A stretch of 64,000 nt of DNA from an uncultured candidate division Zixibacteria bacterium. Its GTDB lineage: Bacteria; Zixibacteria; MSB-5A5; GN15; FEB-12. Location of the stretch: the NCBI GenBank assembly GCA_963735035.1, contig CAVTJJ010000004.1, positions 96,001 to 160,000 on the forward strand. Direction: 5' to 3'. Under the pieces are notes generated by a model, which was given only the letters and a program-made list of their open reading frames with translations, did no database searches and was not told the origin of the DNA. Positions 1-9,013 of this stretch are shown here, piece by piece (the first letter of the stretch is position 1; every line of letters starts with the position of its first letter). The position numbers were made by a program, and so were the translations under genes.

Positions 1-738
1 CGTGACCGTCAGAGGGAAAGTCGCGCCGGAGCGTTTCCGGGCTTCAATTGCTGCTTGGGCGATCCCACCACAGCATGGGACTTCCATTTTGATCACTTCG
101 ACCGATTTCAGATTGTTAGCGCTGAATATCTGAGCGAGCTTATCGAAATACACCTGGAGGTTGTCCAGCTTGGGGCAGCCTACCACGATGACTTTTCCCT
201 TGAGAAATCGCTCGTGGAAACCGGCAAACGCGAACGGCACACAGTCGGCCGTGATAAGCAGATCGGCGTTCTGAAGATAAGGCGCGGTCGGCCCGACCAG
301 CATCAGTTGGACCGGCCATTGCCGGAGCTGTGACGCCTGTGCGATGGAAGTAGAAGTTGACGAAATCGATTCCTGTCGGGCGGGGTTCTGTTCGCCCCAC
401 TGTCTCATAGCCGTACCAGGGCACCCGGCATGTCCGGACACTTGTATTGGTGCAGGATGAACCTGGACTGCCATAGGTACTGCCGGAGAACGATGCTTCA
501 GATTCGCTTCTACCGCCGCTACGTCGTAATCTTCCGATTCTCTTTTCTCGACTGTCAGCGCTCCGGTAGGGCAGTGTCCTACACACGCCCCGGCGCCGTC
601 GCAAAGGATTTCGCCTTTGAGGCGAGCTTTGCCGTTGACGATTTCGAGAGCCCCTTCAGCGCAGGTCGTAACGCACTCCCCGCATCCGTCGCAGAGCTCT
701 TCGTTGATCTTGATAATGACGCGAACCACTTTGGCCAT
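1..738 (-). CDS. 4Fe-4S dicluster protein with C-terminal Cys-rich domain (3' end runs off window)
   Basis: Not in the ORF track (no stop in window). Manual translation from ATG at 738: MAKVVRVIIKINEELCDGCGECVTTCAEGAL...CDGAGACVGHCPTGAL...QWPVQL...ADCVPF...GCPKLD...MEVPCCGG; GGAG RBS upstream. Confidence 0.85.
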   Translation of the reverse strand, partial: MAKVVRVIIKINEELCDGCGECVTTCAEGALEIVNGKARLKGEILCDGAGACVGHCPTGALTVEKRESEDYDVAAVEANLKHRSPAVPMAVQVHPAPIQVSGHAGCPGTAMRQWGEQNPARQESISSTSTSIAQASQLRQWPVQLMLVGPTAPYLQNADLLITADCVPFAFAGFHERFLKGKVIVVGCPKLDNLQVYFDKLAQIFSANNLKSVEVIKMEVPCCGGIAQAAIEARKRSGATFPLTVT

Positions 739-796
739 GATCTTCTCCGGTCAATTGTTTACACCGGAAATTTCGGGCCAAGCGGGATTTGGCGAT

Positions 797-810
797 ATGA
801 CTTAGGTCAA
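797..810 (-). promoter_or_regulatory. Putative Crp/Fnr-family binding site TTGAC-N4-GTCAT
   Basis: Near-palindrome ~60 bp upstream of the 4Fe-4S gene start; a Crp/Fnr gene lies at 2037-2714. Confidence 0.5.
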
Positions 811-815
811 GTGGG

Positions 816-880
816 GTAGGTCAGGCCCACTCGGGGCCTGACATCTTCGTTGGGTGGCCCACCTGCTTGCAGGTGGGGTC
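816..880. repeat. GTAG-type REP element (family A) plus second hairpin module
   Basis: gtaggtcaggcccactcggggcctgac...ggtggcccacctgcttgcaggtgggg; 65 bp, one mismatch to 1558-1622. Confidence 0.85.
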
Positions 881-925
881 GATGAGCTTAATTCACCGTG
901 CCCGGCCCTCGCGGCGGGCCCTGGG

Positions 926-1456
926 TCACATGGTCAACCGTTCTACCGCGATGACCAGGAGAATGGCGAGCGTACTCAATACGGCGAAATAACCGACGGC
1001 CTTAGCACTCAGCTTCAATGTGCGACTTCCTCTCCACACCAGAACGAACAGTGCCGTGAGCACGAACGCCGCCACGAATCGATTCATATGCAGCAGCGCC
1101 GAGATGCGCGCCTCGTCCTGCAGGGAGTAGCCGCCCAGGAGGATCGAGAAAAACCGGCAGAAGGCGGCGAAAAAGAGAAATGAATAGGCGTACATGGACT
1201 TTGTCTTTTCGACCAGGATCCAGCCGACGAGGGCCTGAAGCAGCGTGAACAGCGGTCCGCCGAGGCTTATGTACAGGGCATCGGTCTTGCCGATGTACAC
1301 ACCGCTGCGGGCATTGGCCTGGTTCAGGCCGAGCACCATGTCATTGCCGAGCAATTCCCCCACCGTCCAGTGCCCGAACTCATGAAAAAGATAGGTGAGA
1401 AAGGCCACCGGCACCATCAGCAGCACGAGCTGCCAGCCGATCCTGCTCTCACGCAT
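926..1456 (-). CDS. Integral membrane protein with HExxH motif (M50-like zinc metalloprotease candidate)
   Basis: Several hydrophobic segments, FHEFGH and LGGP motifs; ATG 1456 preferred, 1492 possible. Confidence 0.65.
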   Translation of the reverse strand: MRESRIGWQLVLLMVPVAFLTYLFHEFGHWTVGELLGNDMVLGLNQANARSGVYIGKTDALYISLGGPLFTLLQALVGWILVEKTKSMYAYSFLFFAAFCRFFSILLGGYSLQDEARISALLHMNRFVAAFVLTALFVLVWRGSRTLKLSAKAVGYFAVLSTLAILLVIAVERLTM

Positions 1457-1557
1457 GTCGCTACCGATTCGCTGGACAAGCAATCCGCTCATCTTGGCCG
1501 AGATTTCCTATATGACCCAATCAAAGTCATCTGATTTGTCCTTACCTTATTAGTCTA

Positions 1558-2035
1558 GTAGGTCAGGCCTACTCGGGGCCTGACATCTTCGTTGGGTGGC
1601 CCACCTGCTTGCAGGTGGGGTCAACGAATCATGTCGGGTTGCTCGTTGTCCGCTTCGCGCACAACTCGTGAACACGACTTACCAGTTGTCAGGCGTCAAG
1701 TCCGCCTGACCTACGATTATCGAACGTTCACTTCCCCGAATCCGACAACCGCTGCAGTCTTGTAGGTCAGGCCTACTCGGGGCCTGACATCTTCGTTGAG
1801 TGGCCCACCTGCTTGCAGGTGGGGTCAACGAATCATGTCGAGTTGCTCGTTGTCCGCTTCGCGCACAACTCGTGAACACGACTTACCAGTTGTCAGGCGT
1901 CAAGTCCGCCTGACCTACGATTATCGAACGTTCACTTCCCCGAATCCGACAACCGCTGCAGTCTTGTAGGTCAGGCCTACTCGGGGCCTGACATCTTCGT
2001 TGAGCGAGTCAGGCGTCAAGTCCGCCTGACCTACG
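1558..2035. repeat. Tandem REPIN-like array: GTAG REP inverted pairs with 204-bp period (starts 1558, 1762, 1966; third unit internally deleted)
   Basis: Each unit runs gtaggtcaggcctactcggggcctgac ... gtcaggcgtcaagtccgcctgacctac; units 1 and 2 differ at two positions. Confidence 0.9.
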
Positions 2036-2036
2036 A

Positions 2037-2714
2037 TCACTTACCTGAGTCCGCCAGGCGCTGCAAGCGATCTGGATCGAGAATCACAATCGTCGGGCCG
2101 TTGACTTTAATCATGCCGTCCTTCACCAGCTTCGCAAATGACCGCGACAAGGTCTCAGGAATCGTTCCCAACTGCGCCGCCAACAAACTCTTCTTCACCG
2201 ACAACATCACTTCGGGTGGCATCTCGCCCGTGCTTTCGATCCGGTAGGCACAGAGATACCGCGCCAAACGAGTAGTAACGTCAGATAGTGACAGGCCTTC
2301 AATCAGGCGAGTCATCAAACGCAGTAATTCCGACAGACGACCTATGAGACTTACCGCGAGGTCGGGGTTGCTCGCGACCAGATTGACGAATCGGGTGCGG
2401 CTGATCGATACTAGCTCGACATCCTCAAGCGCCTGTGCCGACGCCGGGAATTGCCGTCCCGCGAACAGAGCGGCCTCGGCGATACTGTCACCCGGCTGGG
2501 CCACCATCAGCACCTGCTCCTTGCCGTCGGGCGACATCTTGAAAATCTTCACCTTGCCGCTGCCGACAATAAAGAACGCATCCGCCGGGTCGCCTTCCTG
2601 AAAGATCATCTCGCCGTAGGTCGCTCGTTTCATAGAGGCGGTCGAGCTGATTTCGCCGAGGGCCTGGTCATCCAGGTGCGAGAACAGGCGTGAGCGTTTG
2701 AGGATTTCTTTCAT
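2037..2714 (-). CDS. Crp/Fnr family transcriptional regulator
   Basis: cNMP-binding domain (IFQEGD...GKVKIFK...GKEQ) and HTH LGTIPETLSR. Confidence 0.95.
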   Translation of the reverse strand: MKEILKRSRLFSHLDDQALGEISSTASMKRATYGEMIFQEGDPADAFFIVGSGKVKIFKMSPDGKEQVLMVAQPGDSIAEAALFAGRQFPASAQALEDVELVSISRTRFVNLVASNPDLAVSLIGRLSELLRLMTRLIEGLSLSDVTTRLARYLCAYRIESTGEMPPEVMLSVKKSLLAAQLGTIPETLSRSFAKLVKDGMIKVNGPTIVILDPDRLQRLADSGK

Positions 2715-2743
2715 GTATGCAACCTCGCTCTTAGGCAGTCATC

Positions 2744-2870
2744 GGTTGTGTCAGTTCCTGCGATCCGCCTCGGCGGATCGTGTGAACTGACACAGGTGGA
2801 TTTGTTGCTAAGCGTCAGGTCACATCCCCGCACCGCCTTCGGCGGCCCGGGGACAGGACCTGACGCAACC
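2744..2870. repeat. REP-like double palindrome (family B)
   Basis: tgtgtcagttc...gaactgacaca plus gcgtcaggtc...gacctgacgc; related copies at 9674-9808 and 19877-20004. Confidence 0.8.
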
Positions 2871-2941
2871 ACAAGGGCGGCTTCAACGATGCAATACTGG
2901 CGCCGCAGTTGCGATAATTAAGCTGATCGAAAGGGGATTGG

Positions 2942-3298
2942 CTACAGAAGATCTTTGATGAGTTTCTCGATATCAGCCATCATCAAAGGCTTGCCGAGAA
3001 AACCGTCCGCCTTCGCGGCTTCGGCCTGAGACTCGATCTCTGAACCTGAATAACCGGAGATGAGCACGACTTTGGTCTTGGGGTGTTCCGCCTTGACCTT
3101 TTGAAGCAGTTCCAGGCCGGTCATCTTGGGCATCCGCATGTCGGTGATAACCATGCTAAAACTGCCCGACTTCAAAGCCTCAAGAGCCTGAAACCCGTCG
3201 GAAGCTACGACCGATTCCTGGTCGAATACCTCCAGCATTTCCGACAAAAGGGCCGACATGTTGGGGTTGTCGTCGACAATGAGAATCTTTTTATTCAT
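2942..3298 (-). CDS. Single-domain response regulator (CheY-like receiver)
   Basis: ILIVDD, TDMRMPKMTG, ISG and KP motifs. Confidence 0.95.
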   Translation of the reverse strand: MNKKILIVDDNPNMSALLSEMLEVFDQESVVASDGFQALEALKSGSFSMVITDMRMPKMTGLELLQKVKAEHPKTKVVLISGYSGSEIESQAEAAKADGFLGKPLMMADIEKLIKDLL

Positions 3299-3364
3299 AA
3301 CCGTGCTCGTAGGCTTTTTATCGGCACGAGGTTATGAAAACTTAACGAGTACTAATCTTGCCCG

Positions 3365-4453
3365 TTATCGACTGGAACGGGCCACCAACTCGGCCTTTAG
3401 GGCCGTCAACCCTTGAGACTTCAGCGCGGACACCACAAACGCTTTGGCCGTGTTATCGTTCGGGGGCGCAAAGTCCGGGTTGGCGTCAAGTTTGTTGTAG
3501 ATCATCAGATGCGGAACTGTATCAGCGCCGATCTCCGCGAGCACTTCGCGGGTCTGCGCAATGTGCTCGATCAGATGCGGGTCGGAACAGTCGGCCACGT
3601 GCAGAAGCAGATCCGCCAGGGCCACTTCTTCCAGCGTCGATTTGAACGATTCCACCAGTTGATGCGGCAGTTTGCGAATGAATCCGACCGTATCCGAGAA
3701 GACCAGCTTGGTAGGATACCCGGCCGCCATGACACGGGTGGTAGAATCCAGGGTTGTGAATAACCGATCCGCAGTCTCAGCATCCCCTTTGGTCAGGACG
3801 TTGAACAGGGTCGATTTTCCGGCGTTGGTGTAGCCGACCAGGGCGATCTTGAAAAGCCCGGAGCGAGCCTTGCGCTGAGTTTGTCGCTGTACGCCAAGTT
3901 TCTCCAGCTTCTTCTTCAAATGGTCAATCCGAGTGCGGACCTGTCGCCGGTCGGTTTCAAGCTGAGTTTCGCCCGGGCCCTTGGAGCCGACACCGCCGTA
4001 CTGACGGGAAAAATGCACCCAGGCGCCGGTCAGGCGGGGCAACATATATTCGAGTTGGGCCAGCTCTACCTGCAATCGGGCAGCGGCGGAATGAGCTCCT
4101 TTGGCGAAGATATCCAGGATCAGTACGGGGCGATCCAGCACTTTGACTTCAAGCGCTTCTTCCAAATTGCGCTGCTGGGCGGGACTCAGTTGATCATCAA
4201 ATATCACACAGTTGGCGTCCAGCTCGACCAGCTGGGCCTTGAGTTCTTCAACCAAACCCTTCCCCACATAAAACGTCGAATCCGGCCTGGGTCTAACCTG
4301 GATCCTCACACCCACTACCATAGCGCCGGCGGTGTTGGCCAGGCGGCGTAGTTCGGCCAGGGATTCTTCCTGTTCCAGTCGCTTACGGGAATCGCTGGCC
4401 AGGCCGATCAGGATGGCTCTTTCGATTTCGACTTTACCGTGTTCGTGAAGCAT
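3365..4453 (-). CDS. hflX: Ribosome-splitting GTPase HflX
   Basis: [36 protein letters not shown] motifs. Confidence 0.97.
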   Translation of the reverse strand: MLHEHGKVEIERAILIGLASDSRKRLEQEESLAELRRLANTAGAMVVGVRIQVRPRPDSTFYVGKGLVEELKAQLVELDANCVIFDDQLSPAQQRNLEEALEVKVLDRPVLILDIFAKGAHSAAARLQVELAQLEYMLPRLTGAWVHFSRQYGGVGSKGPGETQLETDRRQVRTRIDHLKKKLEKLGVQRQTQRKARSGLFKIALVGYTNAGKSTLFNVLTKGDAETADRLFTTLDSTTRVMAAGYPTKLVFSDTVGFIRKLPHQLVESFKSTLEEVALADLLLHVADCSDPHLIEHIAQTREVLAEIGADTVPHLMIYNKLDANPDFAPPNDNTAKAFVVSALKSQGLTALKAELVARSSR

Positions 4454-4480
4454 ACGTTAGAAGATACGTCATCGCGAGTT

Positions 4481-4501
4481 CAGACCAATGAAAAAAACGG
4501 C
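4481..4501 (+). repeat. Left copy of 21-bp direct repeat flanking the RM cassette
   Basis: cagaccaatgaaaaaaacggc versus cagaccaatcaaaaaaacggc at 5935-5955 (20/21). Confidence 0.8.
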
Positions 4502-4632
4502 TATGTATGTTATTACAACTGACAGGTATAGGGACGTCTCCAATATCGTGAAGCGGCTGGAGAAAAGGGAAAGTAAGTGAGCACGCATATTATTCAGTTT
4601 GCATTTTGGTCATTTACATTGCATTTTCTCGC

Positions 4633-5220
4633 ATGGGCGTTGAATCACTACCGACCTTCATTCGGGAGCACTATGACGTGCGCGAGTGGAAACACGCCTG
4701 CGCCGTACTCCAAGGAGATTTTCCGGCAGAATTGAAGGATGTGATTGCGGTCCTGACAAAGTTTCGCCTTTTTCGTAGTTGGGTAAAAGTAGGCGGAGGC
4801 AATAAATCCAAGATAGCAAACGCTATTGACGAGGCATTGACTGAACGCGGTTGGAAGGAGAAGTCCTTTGCAACCAAGATTGTGGTGGACGACAAGACTT
4901 CGGAAAGCCCGACGCACAAGGTGGATTGCTATAAGAATCAGGTGGCACTGGAAATCGAATGGAATAATAAGGACCCATTCTTCGACCGGGATCTGAATAA
5001 TTTCCGACTTCTCTTTGACCTCCGGGCTATCAGCGTGGGGATTATTGTTACCCGGTGTGATGCTTTGCAAGAGATCTACAAAGACTTAGGGCGTGGTTCC
5101 TCGGCTGGTATGACCACTACTCATATGAGCAAACTAATTCCCCGCATTGAAGGCGGTGGTGGCGGCGGGTGCCCAATATTGGTCTTTGGTATTACGAAGA
5201 AGCTTTACGTTGAGGATTAA
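4633..5220 (+). CDS. BglII/BstYI-family restriction endonuclease
   Basis: THKVDCYK...ALEIEWNNKDPFFDRDL PD-(D/E)xK-like core; adjacent to an MTase. Confidence 0.8.
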   Translation: MGVESLPTFIREHYDVREWKHACAVLQGDFPAELKDVIAVLTKFRLFRSWVKVGGGNKSKIANAIDEALTERGWKEKSFATKIVVDDKTSESPTHKVDCYKNQVALEIEWNNKDPFFDRDLNNFRLLFDLRAISVGIIVTRCDALQEIYKDLGRGSSAGMTTTHMSKLIPRIEGGGGGGCPILVFGITKKLYVED

Positions 5221-5224
5221 CCAA

Positions 5225-5872
5225 ATGGTTGCTAAGCAGATAATTAACCCTTCCGACGATTTTGCTGGGGCTGTATCGGGATCATTTGGCACGATCTTGG
5301 CTGACCCCCCTTGGCGATTTTCTAACCGCACTGGGAAGGTTGCGCCAGAACATAGAAGACTGTCACGTTATGAGACTTTGAGCCTAAAGGAAATTAGAGA
5401 TATTCCTGTGGCTTCGGTGGCTGCTACGAAATCGCATCTCTACCTGTGGGTCCCAAATGCCCTTTTGACAGAGGGCTTGTCCGTAATGGCAGCCTGGGGA
5501 TTCGCCTACAAGACAAATATCGTGTGGCACAAAATCCGTAAAGACGGCGGACCTGACGGCCGGGGTGTGGGTTTCTACTTCCGCAATACAACGGAGCTAG
5601 TGCTTTTCGGTATACGTGGTAGTCTGCGCACTTTGCAGCCGGGCAGAAAGCAGGTCAATATTCTTCGTGTTGCCAAGCGCGAACATTCACGTAAACCCGA
5701 TGAGCTGTATAAGATCATCGAGACATGTAGTCCGGGCCCATATCTGGAGCTATTTGCCAGGGGGAGTCGCCCGAAATGGACACAATGGGGTAACGAAGCA
5801 GAGGACTACCGGTTGGACTGGCCCACATATAAGAACAACTCACAGTCGCATCTCACTCGCCGTCTTATCTGA
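5225..5872 (+). CDS. MT-A70 family N6-adenine methyltransferase
   Basis: ILADPPW, HLYLWVPN, EHSRKP, LELFARG, WGNE motifs; ATG 4 nt after the REase stop. Confidence 0.9.
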   Translation: MVAKQIINPSDDFAGAVSGSFGTILADPPWRFSNRTGKVAPEHRRLSRYETLSLKEIRDIPVASVAATKSHLYLWVPNALLTEGLSVMAAWGFAYKTNIVWHKIRKDGGPDGRGVGFYFRNTTELVLFGIRGSLRTLQPGRKQVNILRVAKREHSRKPDELYKIIETCSPGPYLELFARGSRPKWTQWGNEAEDYRLDWPTYKNNSQSHLTRRLI

Positions 5873-5934
5873 ACTCGCATACATTGAGAGCTGGATTCCA
5901 GCGCAAAATGGTGCGGGCCATGTTTCGCACTGAC

Positions 5935-5955
5935 CAGACCAATCAAAAAAACGGC
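5935..5955 (+). repeat. Right copy of 21-bp direct repeat flanking the RM cassette
   Basis: Matches 4481-4501; overlaps the U-tract and stem base of the terminator at 5945-5977. Confidence 0.8.
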
Positions 5956-5977
5956 CCACAATTCTGTGCGGGCCGTC
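5945..5977 (-). terminator. Intrinsic terminator downstream of the DUF1579-like gene
   Basis: Hairpin acggccc...gggccgt followed by a T7 run on the minus strand. Confidence 0.7.
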
Positions 5978-5985
5978 GGCTTTTC

Positions 5986-6175
5986 TTGGTCAGCCATGTC
6001 TACTGTTTCGTGTACGTCCCCTGCATTGAGACATACCAGGTCTGGCCGTCCATCGAGCTCTCCATCGTCCACTTAATCGTTTGGTCAGCCATGTCTACTG
6101 TTTCGTGTACGTCCCCTGCATTGAGACATACCAGGTCTGGCCGTCCATCGAGCTCTCCATCGTCCACTTAATCGT
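5986..6175. repeat. Exact 95-bp tandem duplication of the 3' end of the DUF1579-like gene
   Basis: 5986-6080 is identical to 6081-6175. Confidence 0.9.
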
Positions 6176-6658
6176 CTTGTCCGTGATATCATAGTAGGTG
6201 GAGCGGCTGTACATGGTCACGCCATTCATCAGGTCCTTGCCCGAGGTCACCAGCCGGCCGTCCTTGAAATCGCCTTCGTAGTAGGAGATTCGTCCCGCCA
6301 GATTGTCGGTCCAGATCGTCTGCCATTTCTTGATCTCACGATCGAAGCCGGTCAGACTGAGACCTTTCATCTCCATGCCCATCATCGGGCCCGAGAAATC
6401 TGTCTGCATCGCGGCGCCGCCACACACGAGCGAATTCACGACCGTGGCCGTATTGGGAGTCCATGCGGCGCTCGGGTCCATCCGCATTTCGCCCTGGAAC
6501 TTCCAGGTTCCGATAAACGGCGCCAGTTGGCTCATCTCGGGCGGGGGGCCGAACGTCGGCGCCTTGCCTGCCTCTTTACCTTCGCCCTGGGCGAGAACCG
6601 GCAGGGCGATCAACAATCCGATCAATGCGACAATCAATGTTCTGTGGGTCTTCTTCAT
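6095..6658 (-). CDS. Secreted DUF1579-like beta-barrel protein
   Basis: Signal peptide after GGAGG RBS; PEMSQLAPFIGTW...GFD...WTDN pattern. Confidence 0.75.
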   Translation of the reverse strand: MKKTHRTLIVALIGLLIALPVLAQGEGKEAGKAPTFGPPPEMSQLAPFIGTWKFQGEMRMDPSAAWTPNTATVVNSLVCGGAAMQTDFSGPMMGMEMKGLSLTGFDREIKKWQTIWTDNLAGRISYYEGDFKDGRLVTSGKDLMNGVTMYSRSTYYDITDKTIKWTMESSMDGQTWYVSMQGTYTKQ

Positions 6659-6754
6659 TCTGTCCTCCAGGTATTGGGTACGCTCATAAAGAAAGCGCCC
6701 GCACGGTGCGAGCGCTATCACTTTCTATGTGAGTAGCCCGCGGCTTAGCGCGGG

Positions 6755-8968
6755 CTATTTCTTCTTAACGTTGTCTTTCGACAAGACCGAGTGGAACTCG
6801 TTGAACGTTATTTCTTTCGGTGTGAACGCGAACGGCCCGAGCTCGAACGAATCCGTTGGTGACTTGATCATCTGGCGACGGTAAGCGGAATCGCCCGACT
6901 CGGCCTGCACCCGAATGATCACGGGCATTTCGAAATCCGGCTCCATCTTGTCGTTTGTCACATTAATGCGGACATAATGTCCGTCGTCGCGTTTGACGAT
7001 TTCATACTCGACATTGTATTCGGGGATATTGCGGCTGTACAGCCAGGGCTTGAAAAACCAGCCGAGTGAATCGCCGTAATGCTTCTCGGCCAGTCTGATG
7101 AAAGTCTCATTGGTGTACGGAGCGCTGTTGACCGTTGTCTTCAGTTCGTTGATAAAACGCCAGAAGGTCTGGTCACGATTTCCCTGACCTTCGAGATCGA
7201 ACATCATAAAGCGAAGCATGTGAAGCAGCCAGGCGCCTTTGGTCTGGGCCATGGCCGCATCCACCAGCCGACCCGAGGCGAGTGGACAATCGTTGTTCAG
7301 GTCAAGAATGCTGTAGAGATGATTACGCCGAAGGCGCAGCTCTCCGAAAAACACGTTCGGGTCCATTTCGTACCAGACCGCCATCAGGGACAGATACTCC
7401 GGCACGGCTTCCAAAAGCCAGAGCTCACGATCGGTGGCGGGCTGCATCAGAGCGCCAAAATACTGCCGCGCCGCCGCCGAACTTGCATTCATCAACAAGC
7501 CCCCGGTTCCGGCCGGATAGTCGGTGGTCTGGGAGATGCCCATCAGCCCGGGCATACTGGCCACCGGTTCAGGATAAATGTACTCCGCAAAAGCGGCCGG
7601 GGGCGGACCCAGTCGCCCGGTCATGAAATTGAATGCTTTCGTCACTTCCGGCTGAAACCGCTCCGACGGTATGAAAGTCGGATAATGATTCTTGTCGATA
7701 GCGTCCGATACGAGGTAATTCAGCGAGAGGCCAATGTCGCTGATGACCGTGACCGTGTCGAATCCCGACGCATACGGCTGAAAAAGGAACATGCGATACG
7801 GCTCGGCCGGCGCCGAGAGAAACCGCCTTCGCCCCCGCTCGGTCGATTCCAGCGGAGACATGGCCGGCATGACATAGTTGTAGCCGCTGTGAACGTCAAA
7901 AGTCAACGCAACAGGCGCCGCCGAGGGATTCTCCACGAATGGCAACGGCTGAACGTATTTGGTGCCATGATAGACCAGCCTGAGCTCCAGCGTGTCACCC
8001 CGATGGTGATACTCAGGTAGAATCAGCCCCGTGAACGCAAATGAACCTCGGCGCCAATATTCTAGCGGCGTCCCGTTACAGAAGATCGAATCCAATTTCA
8101 GATTGCGATGCAGGAACAGTGACACAAAGCGCAGGCTGTCGGCGTTTAGCCGGACTTTCAGAGTGATATTCGCCCGTTCGATATTCTGGCCGTCCAGCCC
8201 CACCATGCGAAGTTCGCCTTCACGGCTCAGGATAGTGGTGGGATAGGTTATGTCCGACATGCGGTAATCGTCATAGATTCCCTTTTCCTGCCGCTGCATC
8301 ACCGCCCCGTGGACGGCGGCGATATCGCCCCCCTCGTGTTCGTAGGCTACATCCACTTCCTCGGGACGATTCGGGTCGAAGGAATAGACGTAACGATTGA
8401 AATCGATCCAGAAGTAACCGTCGGCGCGTCGTTCGAACAACGATCGCAGTAATTCAAAGTAGTTGTCATATTCGTGCATGATTACCGGTTTGAAGAAGAA
8501 CTCACCCTGTTGCGCACGATTGAAGTCACCCCAGGAGAGGGTTGTCTTCTCAAACTTGAATTGCTCTTTGAGCTTCAGGTCGAAATCATCCGAGAAGTCC
8601 AGGAAGGCGACTTCAAACGATTCGTCCACCACAGTCTTTCCCGAAGCATAATCGAGGCACTGCTGTTCGAGGTGGTTGGGGACGTCAATGTGAGCCGAAC
8701 CCTTGCCGAGGAATATGGCCGTGGTCGGCCGCCCCTCGAGTTCGCGCAGCAGATACATCTGCCCCTGCTCGAAAGTAAACGTCGCAACGTCTTTCTTGTA
8801 GACAAAATTCGAAATCTGAGCCAGCTCGGCGGGCGGTTTCATGGCCAGGTCCGAACCCATCTGCCCATAGCAATCTTTGAAGCGTCGATATATCTCGCTC
8901 TCTGCCGATGCGGCCGAAGCCAGCAGGGCGATCGCGCTCAGAAGTAAGACAACGGTTATAGTCTTCAA
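6755..8968 (-). CDS. Secreted M1 (aminopeptidase N/gluzincin)-like protein lacking catalytic motifs
   Basis: Signal peptide; RQYFG...WLLEAVPEY...KGAWLLHMLR...FFKPW match the M1 scaffold, but HExxH reads SAAAR. Confidence 0.75.
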   Translation of the reverse strand: MKTITVVLLLSAIALLASAASAESEIYRRFKDCYGQMGSDLAMKPPAELAQISNFVYKKDVATFTFEQGQMYLLRELEGRPTTAIFLGKGSAHIDVPNHLEQQCLDYASGKTVVDESFEVAFLDFSDDFDLKLKEQFKFEKTTLSWGDFNRAQQGEFFFKPVIMHEYDNYFELLRSLFERRADGYFWIDFNRYVYSFDPNRPEEVDVAYEHEGGDIAAVHGAVMQRQEKGIYDDYRMSDITYPTTILSREGELRMVGLDGQNIERANITLKVRLNADSLRFVSLFLHRNLKLDSIFCNGTPLEYWRRGSFAFTGLILPEYHHRGDTLELRLVYHGTKYVQPLPFVENPSAAPVALTFDVHSGYNYVMPAMSPLESTERGRRRFLSAPAEPYRMFLFQPYASGFDTVTVISDIGLSLNYLVSDAIDKNHYPTFIPSERFQPEVTKAFNFMTGRLGPPPAAFAEYIYPEPVASMPGLMGISQTTDYPAGTGGLLMNASSAAARQYFGALMQPATDRELWLLEAVPEYLSLMAVWYEMDPNVFFGELRLRRNHLYSILDLNNDCPLASGRLVDAAMAQTKGAWLLHMLRFMMFDLEGQGNRDQTFWRFINELKTTVNSAPYTNETFIRLAEKHYGDSLGWFFKPWLYSRNIPEYNVEYEIVKRDDGHYVRINVTNDKMEPDFEMPVIIRVQAESGDSAYRRQMIKSPTDSFELGPFAFTPKEITFNEFHSVLSKDNVKKK

Positions 8969-9013
8969 TGCTGTGTCCTTTCCGATTGACCGGTTACCTA
9001 CCTATCAGACGTA

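Noticed and set aside
1558..2035. CRISPR array
   Set aside because: Units are 204 bp with identical spacers and REP-type palindromes; no cas genes in the window.
5986..6175. DGR template/variable repeat pair
   Set aside because: Copies are identical and adjacent with no adenine-specific mismatches; no reverse transcriptase in the window.
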